A stretch of DNA of 64,000 nt, from IMG/VR virus record IMGVR_UViG_3300029288_000100, positions 32,001 through 96,000 of that record; one strand, 5' to 3'. Made by a program: the position numbers and the translations under genes. This DNA is from a virus. Lineage: Duplodnaviria > Caudoviricetes. A model generated the notes under the pieces. It was not told where the DNA came from, made no database searches, and saw only the letters and a list, made by a program, of their open reading frames with translations. Of this stretch, positions 63,158-64,000 are shown piece by piece. Position 1 is the stretch's first letter; each line of letters starts with the position of its first letter.

Positions 63158-64000
63158 TGCTCCCTCCGGCGCCGCATGAGCTCGAGGTACCGCTTGTAAG
63201 AGTCCGGGCTCTTGTGTGGCGCGAAGTGAAAGTCCTTGCACCAGTAGTCGTTGCGCAGAAGCATCTTGCACACTCGCCGCCACGTGGGAGCCGCGTGCGC
63301 CGCCTCGACCTTCCGGTCCGCCTCGTCGGGGATCTCGGTCACCCCACGGTGGTCAGCCCACCACTTGAGCCAGATCGCGATCTTGTTCTCGAAGTGCTCC
63401 CGCATCCGCGGCGGCATGCTCCCGAGGAGCTGCTGCGCGAACGACTTCCAGGTGTGTCCCTCCGGGCAGGACACCTTGATTCGCCCGAGGATGTTCCCTG
63501 CCTCGCGCGCGTACCGCGCCCCCTGGTTTGCGCCGTTCACCCGCGCGACGACGCGCGCCCACGTCTCCGGCTCGATGATGTGAAACAGCCACAGCCCCTT
63601 CCGCTGGTCGTCTCCGTAGGGCTGGCAGATCCGCTGTTGGTGGATCGATAGTCCGGCCTGGTGCATGCGATCGTAGAGCCGGTTGTACGGCCTCTTCTCC
63701 TGCCCGAAGTAGATCCAGATGTCCCGCGTTCGCCAGTCATAGATCGGGTAGGCGTTGAAGACGTTCGGCGTGATCCGCGTCGTCCACTGCAGCCCGTCCA
63801 GTGTCTCCTTCGACGTGCTCTTGACCGTGCGGTAGCGGTTCAGGCTCTCGTCTGCCCGGATGCCCACCAAACACGCGGTGCGCTCGCCCTGCGCGTACCA
63901 CTCGCCGAAGGCCGGGACGAACTCCTCGAACTCCATCCCACGTCGAAAGAACGGGAAGAACGCCTCATCCACCACGCTGCGCGGGTCCGGCTCCCGGATC
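63133..64000 (-). CDS. ibrA: IbrA/YbdN-like PAPS-reductase + DUF3440 protein, 5'-truncated by the window edge
   Basis: LVGIRADESLNRY, YPIYDW, YNRLYDRM, QRICQPYGDDQR, WRRVCKMLLRNDYWC; frame stays open to base 64000. Confidence 0.9.
   Translation of the reverse strand, partial: IREPDPRSVVDEAFFPFFRRGMEFEEFVPAFGEWYAQGERTACLVGIRADESLNRYRTVKSTSKETLDGLQWTTRITPNVFNAYPIYDWRTRDIWIYFGQEKRPYNRLYDRMHQAGLSIHQQRICQPYGDDQRKGLWLFHIIEPETWARVVARVNGANQGARYAREAGNILGRIKVSCPEGHTWKSFAQQLLGSMPPRMREHFENKIAIWLKWWADHRGVTEIPDEADRKVEAAHAAPTWRRVCKMLLRNDYWCKDFHFAPHKSPDSYKRYLELMRRRREQWNMTTLP

Larger units (their letters stand above)
1..64000. mobile_element. Temperate contractile-tailed phage genome segment (ends not in window)
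   Basis: Complete head, neck, contractile tail, replication, immunity and integration modules; no host operons. Confidence 0.9.

Noticed and set aside
1-64000. CRISPR array or cas genes
   Set aside because: No regularly spaced repeat-spacer run; the repeats found are operators, iterons or RBS junctions.

Overview
The whole 64 kb reads as one GC-rich temperate myovirus-type phage. A Myxococcota/deltaproteobacterial host is inferred from the Cys-rich lipoproteins; no host housekeeping block is visible. Order left to right: a partial early gene, a Cro-like RHH gene, three operators and a CI-like HTH-S24 repressor; two envelope cargo genes; xis and a tyrosine integrase; an att site made of the 3' 58 nt of tRNA-Leu(CAG) with arm-like repeats on both sides (attP-like); and a serine recombinase. 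Almost everything after that is on the minus strand: primase, DnaB, DnaC-like loader and initiator with an internal origin; KTSC and SF2 helicase; putative lysis genes around a sigma-70/Myb-HTH fusion; fibre, baseplate, tape measure, frameshifted chaperone, tube and sheath; neck, capsid, XkdF protease, MuF, portal and TerL; a secreted/lipoprotein cargo block; and an early accessory region (DUF4942, altered RecA, LPD29-like, IbrB/IbrA). Most notable signals: (1) a captured RecA lacking its N-terminal polymerisation segment, with a broken L2 loop and altered site-II/co-protease residues, framed by a 22-bp duplication; (2) a CI whose Ala-Gly autocleavage bond is Ala-Arg, which together with (1) suggests a phage uncoupled from, or jamming, the SOS response; (3) a second regulon of five sigma-70-type promoters carrying a CTTAAC-N4-GTTAAG operator; (4) a hairpin/pseudoknot leader with an Arg-rich uORF ahead of the replication operon. 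Family assignments are motif recognition by eye, not database results.
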